Shown here: in pieces, positions 26,266 through 33,779 of the stretch
How positions within the stretch are numbered: position 1 is the first letter of the stretch
Layout of the letters: each line of letters begins with the position of its first letter
From: a virus
Taxonomy: Duplodnaviria; Caudoviricetes
Reading direction: 5' to 3' (one strand)
IMG/VR virus record: IMGVR_UViG_3300032280_000880
Location: 1 to 42,880 of that record
Length of the DNA stretch: 42,880 nucleotides
Notes under the pieces: model-generated
What the model was told of the DNA's origin: nothing
Database searches by the model: none
The model's input: only the letters and a program-made list of their open reading frames with translations
Made by a program: the position numbers and the translations under genes

Positions 26266-26991
26266 TTATCGATGTGTGAGTTTGTTGAAATTAAATTGAA
26301 ATCCTGTAGCCTGTTCCACTTCGGCCACAGTGGTCTGATAACGGGGCAAGTCTGTTACTGGCAAGGCAGTGTTGGGCATGAGATAGGCCATGACCTGACC
26401 CGAAGTTTTTTCCACAATGATCTTGTACAAGCGGGTGGGTATGCCCAGGCCTGCACCTGTTACTGCATGGCCAGCATCATAGATTCCGCCCGACACAATG
26501 TAAAAATCCCCGCCTCGGGAGGCCCAGTCTCGGGTCCAGGTTTCCAACTGTTTCCATATTCCGCGGTTGTTGTTGGCCACTTGTGCCACCATGTTTGACA
26601 ACAGGAAACTCTCGCTCATGATCTGATCCGACTGTGTGTTGTTGGCCGCCGGACTCATGTGTCCACGGTCATGTGTGCGGCCCACAGTGGCATAGTCGGC
26701 CAAGGTAGCACGGCACTGTGGCGCAACATCGGGATCAGCTCGAAAGTTGTCTTTTCTCTTGGCCGGACCTGACATGGCAGCTGGTGTCAAGTGCTCAAAC
26801 ACTGCCACTGGTGCTCGAACATCACAGCGATGTATCACAGCATAGTTGTTTCTGCACAGTTCCTGATCACCAGGTCTTGGCTGATATTGCGGTGCGCCTG
26901 TGGCTGTGAACTGTGGACAGTCTCGGTTGATGTCAGCTGCAGCGGTGCTGGCCATGATAGCCAGCACAATGGCATAAAAGATATGTTTCAT
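26266..26991 (-). CDS. Secreted DNA/RNA non-specific endonuclease (NucA/EndoG family)
   Basis: Signal peptide MKHIFYAIVLAIMASTAAA; DRGH, SNM..Q...NRGIW..LE and IPT..YK motifs. Confidence 0.9.
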   Translation of the reverse strand: MKHIFYAIVLAIMASTAAADINRDCPQFTATGAPQYQPRPGDQELCRNNYAVIHRCDVRAPVAVFEHLTPAAMSGPAKRKDNFRADPDVAPQCRATLADYATVGRTHDRGHMSPAANNTQSDQIMSESFLLSNMVAQVANNNRGIWKQLETWTRDWASRGGDFYIVSGGIYDAGHAVTGAGLGIPTRLYKIIVEKTSGQVMAYLMPNTALPVTDLPRYQTTVAEVEQATGFQFNFNKLTHR

Positions 26992-27246
26992 ATATACACG
27001 CCTTGAATAATGTGTGCAACTATTTATTCAACTGTGATTTACCAACAAAGTTCAGTTTGGCAACATTGAGGCACAACTAGTACATGCGTGGGATAGACCA
27101 GTAATTCCAGGTCACTTACATTAGTAGTGTAGACAGCAAATACACAACATAGTGTATGGATTTACTGAAGTACTACTAATACTTTGTCTGGCCCAACTTG
27201 TGTCGAAGTACCTAGTAAGTATTACAGAGATCCTGGAGGATTGAAC

Positions 27247-28014
27247 TTGAACTCGATTAAAATTGCCGAAGATTTAAAAATATATCAACTGTACCAGCCC
27301 GAGCATGGTGACGATATTCCAGTCACTGCTGACCCCCGGGATCCCAGACCCTTGCATTTGGGATATGTAAACAACATTGCAACCCCACTGCCAATGGAAT
27401 ATTTGACCGGCAGTGATGCGCTGTTCCGTTATATGAGAACCACAAACTGGGAGGAGTTTTCCCAGATTTTGGGCCAACAGCAGCCCGACTCTATTGCCCT
27501 GCATGTGAGTGTGTTTGAACAGTCCGGAATCACTGCAGCGGAATTTGTCAACATGGTGGAAAGCATGGCCAGACTTGCCACACCAGGGCATCGGCCACGC
27601 ATTGCAGTTGCAATCGAAAACAACACCCGCCTGGGCACAGTGAAAGATTTAAAGGCAGCCGGAGTGTTTGGTATCATACCCTGCAACAACACATTTTCAG
27701 CAGAAGAAACTCAAGCGGGCATGACAGCCGTGGCCACAGGTGTGCCTTACTGGCCCCCACATATCCTGGATCACTTGCCGGGCAATCGCACCACTGTGAC
27801 ACAGCCCATAGACCACAACATCCGCCTGACCGATCGTCAACAACAGGTGTGTGATCTTATTTGCAATCGTGGACTCAGCAACAAACAAATTGCCCGAGCA
27901 CTCAGTCTCAGTGAGAGCACAGTAAAGATACATGTGAGTGCCATCATGCGAGCACATGGTGTGAGAAACCGAACACAACTGGCCCTGTCAGGTGGCAGTG
28001 GACTCCGGGCTTGA
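27247..28014 (+). CDS. LuxR/NarL (GerE-type HTH) transcriptional regulator with pseudo-receiver domain
   Basis: C-terminal LTDRQQQV...GLSNKQIARALSLSESTVKIHVSAIMRAHGVRNRTQL. GGAGGA SD at 27235-27240 favours TTG 27247 as the start. Confidence 0.88.
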   Translation: MNSIKIAEDLKIYQLYQPEHGDDIPVTADPRDPRPLHLGYVNNIATPLPMEYLTGSDALFRYMRTTNWEEFSQILGQQQPDSIALHVSVFEQSGITAAEFVNMVESMARLATPGHRPRIAVAIENNTRLGTVKDLKAAGVFGIIPCNNTFSAEETQAGMTAVATGVPYWPPHILDHLPGNRTTVTQPIDHNIRLTDRQQQVCDLICNRGLSNKQIARALSLSESTVKIHVSAIMRAHGVRNRTQLALSGGSGLRA

Positions 28015-28020
28015 CCCGTT

Positions 28021-28082
28021 CTAGTACAACAGTTGTGGTCATACTGAAGCCTAAACGCTCTAGGTGGTTCCGCATCTAAGTA
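28021..28082 (+). promoter_or_regulatory. Conserved upstream element, copy 1: CTAGTAC-N12-CATACTGAAGC-N25-CTAAGTA
   Basis: Same boxes and near-identical spacing as copy 2, while the spacer sequences are unrelated. Confidence 0.65.
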
Positions 28083-28129
28083 ATAGTGTAACCTAGAGTT
28101 ACCATATTTACAAGAAAAGGAAACCTATC

Positions 28130-28675
28130 ATGCTCACAACCGATCCGTTTTTTGCCCTGTTGCAAAATGTACAAGACACCAAGACCAAAGTGTCTGACAG
28201 CATATTCGAAAACTACAAGCTGCAAGTAGCACAAACCAACGACATCAACAATCGTGCCATGCAAGTGGCCTTAAACAATACATCTTCCTTTGCTGACCTC
28301 AAAGCTGCTGTGAACAAAGGCACATTGGAAACCATGTTGGCTGCACAGCGTACTGATGCTGCTATTGGCAGAGTTGCCTCTGAAACTCAACGCATGATCA
28401 TGGAACAAGGCGAAGCCACTCGTGGTTTGATCAACGCACTCAACACACAAAACTTGAACACTGCCTTGATCAACATCAATACTGCTCTCACTGGCCTCAA
28501 CGGTCAATACGGCGGTCTGGGCCTGGCCTACGGTGGTGCAGCAGCAGCCGCACAAACTGCAAGCACCAACAGTGTAATCAATGCACTCAGCAGCGCCACC
28601 AGTGGTCAGAGATTTATCAACACTGGCGTGGCCAACGCCACAGTGCAATCTTCCGAAGCCACGTCAATTGGCTGA
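28130..28675 (+). CDS. Hendecad coiled-coil protein A (N/Q/T/A-rich)
   Basis: AAGGA SD; highly similar to 28908..29468; 11-residue periodicity. Confidence 0.85.
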   Translation: MLTTDPFFALLQNVQDTKTKVSDSIFENYKLQVAQTNDINNRAMQVALNNTSSFADLKAAVNKGTLETMLAAQRTDAAIGRVASETQRMIMEQGEATRGLINALNTQNLNTALININTALTGLNGQYGGLGLAYGGAAAAAQTASTNSVINALSSATSGQRFINTGVANATVQSSEATSIG

Positions 28676-28703
28676 TCGATTTAGCTGTATACAAGCAGCC
28701 TTT

Positions 28704-28735
28704 AAAGACACTGTCACCCGCAGTGTCTTTTTTTT
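28704..28735 (+). terminator. Rho-independent terminator
   Basis: AAAGACACTG-N7-CAGTGTCTTT followed by a T-run. Confidence 0.85.
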
Positions 28736-28757
28736 GACCATGCCAGTGCTACTACCA

Positions 28758-28820
28758 CTAGTACTGGTGTGCGATCCATACTGAAGCAGGTGGGTCAACT
28801 GCCTTAGAAAGTTCTAAGTA
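28758..28820 (+). promoter_or_regulatory. Conserved upstream element, copy 2: CTAGTAC-N12-CATACTGAAGC-N26-CTAAGTA
   Basis: Matches copy 1 at 28021-28082. Confidence 0.65.
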
Positions 28821-28907
28821 TTAATGTGGCAAAGCGGAATGGTTCTGTTTTGCGCTCACATCCGGGACCAATAACCTGGAAATTTTATAATTTAAGGAAT
28901 TAATAAA

Positions 28908-29468
28908 ATGGCTGACATGACTACACTCACAACTGATCCGTTCTTTTCATTGCTGCAAAACATTCAAGACACCAAGACCAAGGTGTCCGACAGTATTTTT
29001 GAAAACTACAAACTGCAAGTGGCACAAACCAACGACATCAACAACCGCGCCATGCAAGTGGCCCTGCACGATGCAACTGCACTGGCTGACCTCAAGCAAG
29101 CCACCAGCGAAGGTGTGTTGCAAACCATGTTGGCTGCTGGTCGCACAGACGCTGCCATTGGTGCCACATCCGCTGCTCAACAACGCTTGATCATGGAACA
29201 AGGCGAAGCCACTCGTGGTCTGATCAATGGTTTGAACACACAAAACTTGAACACAGCCCTGATCAACACCAACACAGCTCTCACAGGCTTGAATGGTTTG
29301 TATGGTGGCTTGGGTCTGGCCTACGGTGGTGCTGTGGCTGCTTATCAAAGCGCCAGCACTAACAGTGCACTGAATGCGTTAAACAGCGCCATCAGCACAC
29401 AAGGCTTGGTCAACACAGGCACCATGACAGGTACTACACAGACTTCTACTCCTACCAGTATCAACTAA
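28908..29468 (+). CDS. Hendecad coiled-coil protein B
   Basis: TAAGGA SD; shares the identical block QDTKTKVSDSIFENYKLQVAQTNDINNRAMQVAL with protein A. Confidence 0.85.
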   Translation: MADMTTLTTDPFFSLLQNIQDTKTKVSDSIFENYKLQVAQTNDINNRAMQVALHDATALADLKQATSEGVLQTMLAAGRTDAAIGATSAAQQRLIMEQGEATRGLINGLNTQNLNTALINTNTALTGLNGLYGGLGLAYGGAVAAYQSASTNSALNALNSAISTQGLVNTGTMTGTTQTSTPTSIN

Positions 29469-29483
29469 TCAAGGAGTATCTCT

Positions 29484-29663
29484 ATGTATAGATCTACATG
29501 GGGTTACGGCGGCTGGGGAGGTTGGGGAGGCTACGGCGGCTACGGCGGCTGGGGCTACCCTAGAGGATACTTGGCAGCTGGCATAGGTTATCCCTATCAA
29601 GGCGGCTGGGGTTCTTTTTATCCCTACTATAGCTACGGCTATGGTGGCTATCCGTTAATCTAA
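29484..29663 (+). CDS. Gly/Tyr/Trp-rich microprotein (59 aa)
   Basis: Missed by the ORF track. AAGGAG SD at 29471. Sequence MYRSTWGYGGWGGWGGYGGYGGWGYPRGYLAAGIGYPYQGGWGSFYPYYSYGYGGYPLI. Confidence 0.8.
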   Translation: MYRSTWGYGGWGGWGGYGGYGGWGYPRGYLAAGIGYPYQGGWGSFYPYYSYGYGGYPLI

Positions 29664-29674
29664 GCAAATCAACC

Positions 29675-29706
29675 AGTGAGTTGGGTAACACCAACTCACT
29701 TTTATT
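29675..29706 (+). terminator. Hairpin, probable terminator or attenuator
   Basis: AGTGAGTTGG-N6-CCAACTCACT followed by TTTATT. Confidence 0.7.
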
Positions 29707-29729
29707 ATAACAACAAAAAGGGGCACAAC

Positions 29730-29948
29730 ATGTACACAGGTTATTTGTATCCATATTATAGAAGTTTTCCTTATCCCTATCCAGCCTATGGCTATCCCGC
29801 ATGGGGCTACGGCGGTGTTTGGGGTGGTTATGGCAATTATTCTGCCAACAACATAATTGGCAGTGCCGTGGCCAATCAAAGTCTCATCAACACCGGCACA
29901 GCAGCCGGTATCAATCAAATTGCCACGCCCACAGTAATTGGCTGGTAA
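29730..29948 (+). CDS. Tyr/Pro/Gly-rich small protein (72 aa)
   Basis: AAGGGG SD; MYTGYLYPYYRSFPYPYPAYGYPAWGYGG...; C-terminal motif shared with the two coiled-coil proteins. Confidence 0.8.
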   Translation: MYTGYLYPYYRSFPYPYPAYGYPAWGYGGVWGGYGNYSANNIIGSAVANQSLINTGTAAGINQIATPTVIGW

Positions 29949-29963
29949 ACCGGGAATACCAAC

Positions 29964-30662
29964 ATGTATAAAAAAGTCACACACAGTATTGTGGAAGAGC
30001 ACTTTGACCATCCCATGGCTCAAGAGATCAAGAAGATGGTGGATTCTGGTAAAAAGGTGGAAGCGGCATGGCCACCAACACCAAAGTCACAGGAACTCTT
30101 TAATCAATTGAGATTGCAGTTTGATCAATTTAACACAGCCTTGCGCAATGTGATTGTAGGATCTGGTACTAATGATCCTGCTCTGACTTACAACAAACAA
30201 CAGTTGTCGGCGCTGACTGCTCAATTTGGTTCATTTTTTGAACCCTACTACGGACAATCAGCTGCTGAAGCTGCGGTAGGGCACATTGCTGAATTTGCCA
30301 AGGCCATTGAAGACACTATCTCTGTTGCTGCAGCTAAAGGAGACTGGAATACTCCTGCCGCTGCTGCACTCGATCATTTGAATGCCTTGGCTGCTTTGTT
30401 GACTTCATGGAATCCTGCATATTGGAACAATCGATATCCCAGTCTTGTCACATATTTTTTGCAGTACTACCAAGCTGTTGTGAATCAAATCAGTGCGCGA
30501 GCTGATCAAGATTGGACCAAGGATGCAGTGCAGGCATTTTCTGCCAGGCAAATTGTTGCCAACGGTCCATTGACATTTGCACCATTTAACGGAGCACCAG
30601 ATTTGTCTGGCCAGTTATCAACCATGATAATTCAACAGTTTCCTGACAAGATTAAACCATAA
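29964..30662 (+). CDS. Helical-bundle hypothetical protein with MYKK...EEH N-terminal tag
   Basis: FFEPYYG, WNPAYW, ARADQDW.KD and IIQQFP motifs; paralog of the next gene. Confidence 0.8.
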   Translation: MYKKVTHSIVEEHFDHPMAQEIKKMVDSGKKVEAAWPPTPKSQELFNQLRLQFDQFNTALRNVIVGSGTNDPALTYNKQQLSALTAQFGSFFEPYYGQSAAEAAVGHIAEFAKAIEDTISVAAAKGDWNTPAAAALDHLNALAALLTSWNPAYWNNRYPSLVTYFLQYYQAVVNQISARADQDWTKDAVQAFSARQIVANGPLTFAPFNGAPDLSGQLSTMIIQQFPDKIKP

Positions 30663-30668
30663 ATCATC

Positions 30669-31346
30669 ATGTACAAAAAAATCACTCGCGACATTCAGGA
30701 AGAACACTACGGTGCTGCCATGATATCGCCTAACCCAGGTGTTCTTCCTCCGCTACCGAGTGCAGTGATTAATGAACGTACCCTGGTGTTTAGGATGGAT
30801 TCTCGCACCCATTGGACCAGATATTCCTTGGGCATGATCAACTACTCGGTCAGTAGACTGGGCAATCTTGACAGCACACCTGCTGTGGAACGAAATCTCA
30901 GCAGAAATGCCAACTTCATTGGTGACTTCTTTGTGCCCTACTATGGCATCACTTCGGGTACCAAGATTGGCAATCTGTTGAATGTGATCACGCTCAACGG
31001 TGTCAAGGTGGTAGAAGCCTTGGTGGATAAAAAAGACATTGAAGTGTATCGAACCATCTGGGACAAGCAGATCTATGAGTGGGCTGACTATCTCAATCAG
31101 CAAAATCCCTCCTACTATCCACGAGACCTGCTGATAGAAATGATGACCAATCTCACTGCGTTCTGGGTGGAGGATTTCCAGGCCAGAATAGACAGCGACT
31201 TTGCTGCTGACTCAGTGGCCTTGGACAACATACTCAAGGTGGCTGTGACTGGCATACCCAATCATGTGAACCGTGGTTACTCCAGCATAGCCGACATACT
31301 CAGTCGAGGCATAGTGGCACAGTTTCCACTGTCGTTTACTGAATAG
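30669..31346 (+). CDS. Helical-bundle hypothetical protein with MYKK...EEH N-terminal tag
   Basis: FFVPYYG, QNPSYY, ARIDSDFAAD and GIVAQFP motifs. Confidence 0.8.
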   Translation: MYKKITRDIQEEHYGAAMISPNPGVLPPLPSAVINERTLVFRMDSRTHWTRYSLGMINYSVSRLGNLDSTPAVERNLSRNANFIGDFFVPYYGITSGTKIGNLLNVITLNGVKVVEALVDKKDIEVYRTIWDKQIYEWADYLNQQNPSYYPRDLLIEMMTNLTAFWVEDFQARIDSDFAADSVALDNILKVAVTGIPNHVNRGYSSIADILSRGIVAQFPLSFTE

Positions 31347-31360
31347 TCCAGGAGCCAGCC

Positions 31361-31597
31361 ATGTCAGTAATCACCATTGATAAAGGCAAAAACATTGAGT
31401 TTGTGGACCTGGAAGCACATGTTGTGATGGCCCAGCAACGATATCGTGCCTTGGAAGATCGTATTGCTCGCAGCGAAGTTGAAATTGCCAAAATCAACGA
31501 TCGCAATCGAATGTTCATGAGAATTTTGCTGGGTGCAGCGGCCAGTCTGGTAACAGGCACTGCACTCAGCGTGCTGAGCATGATCTTGGGAAAATAA
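31361..31597 (+). CDS. Small coiled-coil protein with C-terminal transmembrane anchor
   Basis: AGGAG SD; LEAHV..AQQRYRALEDRI coiled coil followed by hydrophobic ILLGAAASLVTGTALSVLSMIL. Confidence 0.75.
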   Translation: MSVITIDKGKNIEFVDLEAHVVMAQQRYRALEDRIARSEVEIAKINDRNRMFMRILLGAAASLVTGTALSVLSMILGK

Positions 31598-31598
31598 C

Positions 31599-32336
31599 AT
31601 GACCACCGAAGCTGAATTTGTGGAAATACGCCGGCGCATGGAAATGTTGAAGCTGGCTAGACATCTGCTAAACGAAGACTATCTCAAACAACGAGCCGCT
31701 GCCTACACCCAGTGGACCACTGACAGTGACCATGCCTGGAAAACTCGGGGTGTGAAATTGCCGTTCCCGCCGGTGCCCGCCATGCCATCCGAAGCAGATG
31801 TGGTGGCTCGTGCTCTACAGTTGTACAATCATGTGAATGCCCAGGCTGCACCAGCATCGCCACCAGCACCTGCTGCAGCGCCTGCAGTATCAACACTACA
31901 GCCAGAGCCAGTTGCAGCCACTTCTGTGCCTGCAGCAGAGCCTGAGCCTGTGATCGAACCCGAACTCATGGCCGAACCTGAACCGGAGCCAACTCCCGAA
32001 CCTGTAGTGGCGCCAGAACCAACTCCAGAACCAACTCCAGAACCAACTCCAGAACCAACTCCCGAGCCAGTGTCTGTGCCAGTGCCTGCAATTGAAACGG
32101 TGTTGCCCGTGAGCAGACCCGAAACTGTGTACACTGAACAAGTGAAGAAAATTTTCGAAACACCCTCACCTGCAATTGATCCACCCCTGGATCAGGCCGT
32201 GGAGAGCTTGGTGCAAGCCGAAACTGAGAACAATCGAGCTCTGGTGCCCATGATTCGTGGCTTGATTGAAAAGGGATTTTTGCAACTGGGACACCGACTG
32301 GGGCAAAACAAAACCAACAAAAAGGAAACTGACTAA
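31599..32336 (+). CDS. Hypothetical protein with Pro/Glu-rich linker
   Basis: Helical N-domain (RMEMLKLAR...PSEADVVARA.QLY) followed by (PEPT)n repeats. Confidence 0.75.
   Translation: MTTEAEFVEIRRRMEMLKLARHLLNEDYLKQRAAAYTQWTTDSDHAWKTRGVKLPFPPVPAMPSEADVVARALQLYNHVNAQAAPASPPAPAAAPAVSTLQPEPVAATSVPAAEPEPVIEPELMAEPEPEPTPEPVVAPEPTPEPTPEPTPEPTPEPVSVPVPAIETVLPVSRPETVYTEQVKKIFETPSPAIDPPLDQAVESLVQAETENNRALVPMIRGLIEKGFLQLGHRLGQNKTNKKETD
32013..32060 (+). repeat. Tandem repeat (CCAGAACCAACT)x4 encoding PEPT
   Basis: Four perfect 12-bp units with degenerate flanking copies. Confidence 0.9.
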
Positions 32337-32806
32337 TGTTTAACAATTTTTTAATGTATCGCTCGTTTGGTCCCAGAAGACCCCTGGCACGCAGACCCTT
32401 GGCACGCAGACCAGCGTTTCCAGTGATAGCACAGTTCGGCGGCGGGGGATCAGACTTTTTTGTCAATGGTGGATCAGGACCACCCGGCCCACCCGGCCCA
32501 CCCGGCCCACCCGGTAATCCCAGTCCAGTAGCAGTAACGGATGTGGTTACCGCAACCTACACAGCACTGGCCACTGATTACTTTTTGTGTGTGCTAACCA
32601 ATGGTTTGGTCACTATCACCTTGCCTGCAGGCACACTGGGCCGAGTCTACATGGTGAAAGATTGCTTTGGTGCTGCGGCCACAAATCCAATTACCATACA
32701 AGGCACTGGGGGGCAACTGGTTGATGGTGCTGCCTCGGCCACCATCAACACCAATTTTGGTAGCTTGCAGTTTGTGTTCAATGGCACCGGTTGGAGCATT
32801 GTGTAA
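32336..32806 (+). CDS. Short collagen-like protein with C-terminal beta domain
   Basis: RRPLA-type repeats and (GPP)4, then YTA..TDY...TITLPAG..GRVY.VKD...DGA...IN..FGSL...W. Confidence 0.8.
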   Translation: MFNNFLMYRSFGPRRPLARRPLARRPAFPVIAQFGGGGSDFFVNGGSGPPGPPGPPGPPGNPSPVAVTDVVTATYTALATDYFLCVLTNGLVTITLPAGTLGRVYMVKDCFGAAATNPITIQGTGGQLVDGAASATINTNFGSLQFVFNGTGWSIV

Positions 32807-33360
32807 TGAGTTACAAGTCACCCTTGGCCACCAATGCTACACCTGGCATTGTGACACCGGGCACCAATCTCACAGTCAGTAGTGGTGTGATTGATGTCAC
32901 ACCAGTGGCATTGTTCAACCAAGCATATTTCTTCAGCACAGTGACTCAGACCAACCCTGTGGCCAATGCTGTCAATATCGCAACCTTCAACAATAGTGCC
33001 ATCAATGTGGGCATCACCCTGGTGGCAGGTTCACAGATCACAGTGAGTCGCAATGCCAACTATAACTTTCAATTTGTCATCCAGGGTGACAAGACCGATG
33101 CTGGCACTGATCTAGCTGATATTTGGATTCGCCGTAATGGCGTGGATTATCCCGACACCAACAGTCAAATTTCCATCACAGGTGGAGCAGGAGTGTTGGT
33201 GGCATCATGGAATTTTACTCTGGCATTGACTGCCGGAGACACAGTACAAATTGTCTGGCAGAGTTCTGACACTGCCTTGCGATTTTTGTCAGTACCCGCA
33301 CAGGTTGGTCCTGTGCGACCTGTGACACCTAGTGTGAGATGCACTATTATTCAACTATAA
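32806..33360 (+). CDS. BclA-C/C1q-like jelly-roll domain protein
   Basis: TAATG-coupled start; F.STVTQ...F......GI......ITV....YN.QF..Q...IW.R.NG...L.AGD.VQI.W pattern. Confidence 0.6.
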   Translation: MSYKSPLATNATPGIVTPGTNLTVSSGVIDVTPVALFNQAYFFSTVTQTNPVANAVNIATFNNSAINVGITLVAGSQITVSRNANYNFQFVIQGDKTDAGTDLADIWIRRNGVDYPDTNSQISITGGAGVLVASWNFTLALTAGDTVQIVWQSSDTALRFLSVPAQVGPVRPVTPSVRCTIIQL

Positions 33361-33371
33361 AAGGAAACAAA

Positions 33372-33770
33372 ATGTCATATACCAACAATCCAAGAAGCAT
33401 ACTGGCAGGAGCCGGTATTGCCATTACCCCCACTACAGGCACCGGTGCCGAAGTTGTGACCATCAGCACCAGCGGTGTTCAAACTGTGGCTGTGAGAATT
33501 GCTGTGGCCACTCCGGTCACTGTGGTCAACACCGATGACTTGGTCAGCGTACAAGTACCCGGTCCAGTGGCAGTGGCAGTCAACTTGCCTGCAGGTGTCA
33601 CGGGTCGTCAATTCACCATCAAGGATGGCTTGGGATTGGCTGCTCCGGCAACCCCCATCACAATCACGCCAGCAGCTGGCACAATTGACGGTGCTGCCAC
33701 AGCCACAATCAATGCCCCTTATGGTTCGCTCACTCTGGTGTACACTGGTGTTGAGTGGCAGTTGATCTAA
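33372..33770 (+). CDS. Fibre-like beta-domain protein, paralog of the 32336 C-domain
   Basis: AAGGA SD; VNLPAG..GRQF.IKD..G.A....ITI......IDGA...IN.PYGSL.LVY.G.EW. Confidence 0.8.
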   Translation: MSYTNNPRSILAGAGIAITPTTGTGAEVVTISTSGVQTVAVRIAVATPVTVVNTDDLVSVQVPGPVAVAVNLPAGVTGRQFTIKDGLGLAAPATPITITPAAGTIDGAATATINAPYGSLTLVYTGVEWQLI

Positions 33771-33779
33771 GGCACTGAC

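Noticed and set aside
26992-27246. tRNA or structured ncRNA in the largest intergenic gap
   Set aside because: No cloverleaf or T-loop motif seen; the content is better explained as divergent promoters and operator-like repeats.
28130-29468. Near-duplicate genes as a diversity-generating retroelement template/variable pair
   Set aside because: No reverse transcriptase in the window, both copies are full ORFs with SDs, and the differences are not adenine-specific.
25119-29948. Radical SAM enzyme plus Trp/Tyr-rich peptides as a RiPP cluster
   Set aside because: The enzyme has an N-terminal twitch/SPASM layout with no evident RiPP recognition element, lies on the opposite strand next to the terminase, and the peptides lack a leader/core structure. 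Not excluded, but unsupported.
29964-31346. Acetylglutamate kinase or other enzyme call for the two paralogs
   Set aside because: No amino-acid-kinase or nucleotide-binding motifs; the sequences look all-helical.
31960-32520. Short tandem repeats as a possible CRISPR array
   Set aside because: The units are 9-15 bp, in-frame and coding (PEPT, RRPLA, GPP), with no unique spacers and no cas genes.
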